The position numbers and the translations under genes are program-made. The notes beneath the pieces were generated by a model. That model saw nothing but the letters and a program-made list of their open reading frames with translations. It had not been told where the DNA came from and ran no database searches. This document shows positions 63,272 through 64,000 of a stretch of 64,000 bases of DNA, one piece after another; the stretch's first letter is position 1, and every line of letters begins with the position of its first letter. This stretch comes from Victivallales bacterium (lineage in GTDB: Bacteria; Verrucomicrobiota; Lentisphaeria; Victivallales; GWF2-50-93), in NCBI GenBank assembly GCA_049297395.1, contig JBAQUG010000499.1:15140-79139 (forward strand), given 5' to 3'.

Positions 63272-64000
63272 TTATTCCCTGACATGGCCCACCCGGCTCG
63301 AATTGATTGTACGGGAGACTCCGTTGAGAATCTCCCTGGAATAGAAAACATAGTAATAGTTGTAAGGTTCCACATGCCCGTCAATGTGGAGGACGTTGCT
63401 GGACTTTGAATGGGGGAACAGCATCTTGTTGTAGCTGCCGCTCACCGATGCCGGCATAGGGGAGCCGGGATCGGTTCCGTCGACTGAGACGGAGCTGGCA
63501 TCGCTGCATACGATAATCTTGTCCGGACGCCGGACCATCGTCAGCCGCAGTAAAGGCATTACTATGTTGTTGACGTCGTCCGGAGATGTCCAGCCCATGT
63601 AGAAATTCCAGCCAATATTGGGAAGCTGATGGCCGCTGGCATCGGTCGGGAACTGGTTTTGCACGCAGCTGCGCTTGAGGTTGTCGTCGCGTAGGAATGC
63701 ATTGGCATCGGACGACCATGTGTGCATGCCCTGGACACCCATATAGTCGACCAGCCGGATATGCCATGAGTAGGTATACGCGTTCGCCACCCCGGCTGGA
63801 GGTGTGAATTTGCCATAAGACCCCGGAACGACGTAGTCGTCGTTGTCGCTGGAGTACATATGCGATCCGATCCCCAGCTGTTTGAGCTTATTGATGCACT
63901 CGATGCTGTGTGCCTGGTCGCGGGCCTTGGAAAGTGCGGGTAGCAGCATGGCTGCTAAAATTGCGATGATCGCTATTACTACGAGGAGCTCTATCAGTGT
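63272..64000 (-). CDS. Prepilin-type N-terminal domain / H-X9-DG pseudopilin-like protein (5' end beyond the window)
   Basis: Reading the minus strand to the window edge gives [29 protein letters not shown]..., so the track start at 63949 is an internal Met. C-terminal [13 protein letters not shown] (H-X9-DG). Confidence 0.85.
   Translation of the reverse strand, partial: TLIELLVVIAIIAILAAMLLPALSKARDQAHSIECINKLKQLGIGSHMYSSDNDDYVVPGSYGKFTPPAGVANAYTYSWHIRLVDYMGVQGMHTWSSDANAFLRDDNLKRSCVQNQFPTDASGHQLPNIGWNFYMGWTSPDDVNNIVMPLLRLTMVRRPDKIIVCSDASSVSVDGTDPGSPMPASVSGSYNKMLFPHSKSSNVLHIDGHVEPYNYYYVFYSREILNGVSRTINSSRVGHVRE

Noticed and set aside
63148-63384. N-terminal extension of the LacI-family ORF (track start 63384)
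   Set aside because: It would overlap the pseudopilin gene's 3' end. The LacI HTH begins right after the Met at 63147, which has a GGAGG Shine-Dalgarno.

Overview
This 64-kb window looks like a chromosome segment from a PVC-superphylum bacterium (Lentisphaerota, Kiritimatiellota or Verrucomicrobiota type). That taxon call is inferred only from the gene families present.

The left 5.7 kb is a small toxin-antitoxin / abortive-infection island. It holds hipBA and abiEi/abiEii, with a deoxyhypusine-synthase-like gene and an HldE-like kinase-HAD fusion between them.

The remaining ~58 kb is a run of glycan-utilisation loci. I can support about 40 protein-coding genes:
- Regulators: 2 AraC, 2 LacI and 1 GntR-HTH/LacI-type hybrid, plus hipB in the TA island.
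- Four pseudopilin-like proteins with a prepilin-type N-terminus and an H-X9-DG motif.
- Nine glycoside-hydrolase-like proteins: GH2 beta-mannosidase, GH38 alpha-mannosidase, GH26-like, GH42-like, GH28-like beta-helix, GHL6-like, and three paralogous clan-GH-A-like enzymes.
- Five SGNH/GDSL esterases and one alpha/beta-hydrolase esterase.
- One Cys-type sulfatase without a signal peptide, and two oxidoreductases.
- Six uroporphyrinogen-decarboxylase (URO-D/MtaA)-family paralogues.

I found no rRNA, tRNA, CRISPR array, transposase or transporter gene.

The non-coding DNA contains several families of palindromic repeats, one clear intrinsic terminator, and candidate operators and promoters.

The observations most worth following up:
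1. A 103-bp palindromic mini-element with 8-bp flanking direct repeats, inserted in frame in the kinase gene.
2. The recurring unit of LacI-type regulator, H-X9-DG pseudopilin and glycoside hydrolases, in a region with no transporter. The pseudopilin N-termini also share an invariant palindromic nucleotide core.
3. Six cytoplasmic URO-D-family genes embedded next to cytoplasmic mannosidases.
4. Three paralogous GH-A-like enzymes with WEP where NEP is expected.
5. A likely (TC)n frameshift.
6. A relic fragment of an oxidoreductase paralogue.

All family assignments come from reading motifs by eye. No database search was run.
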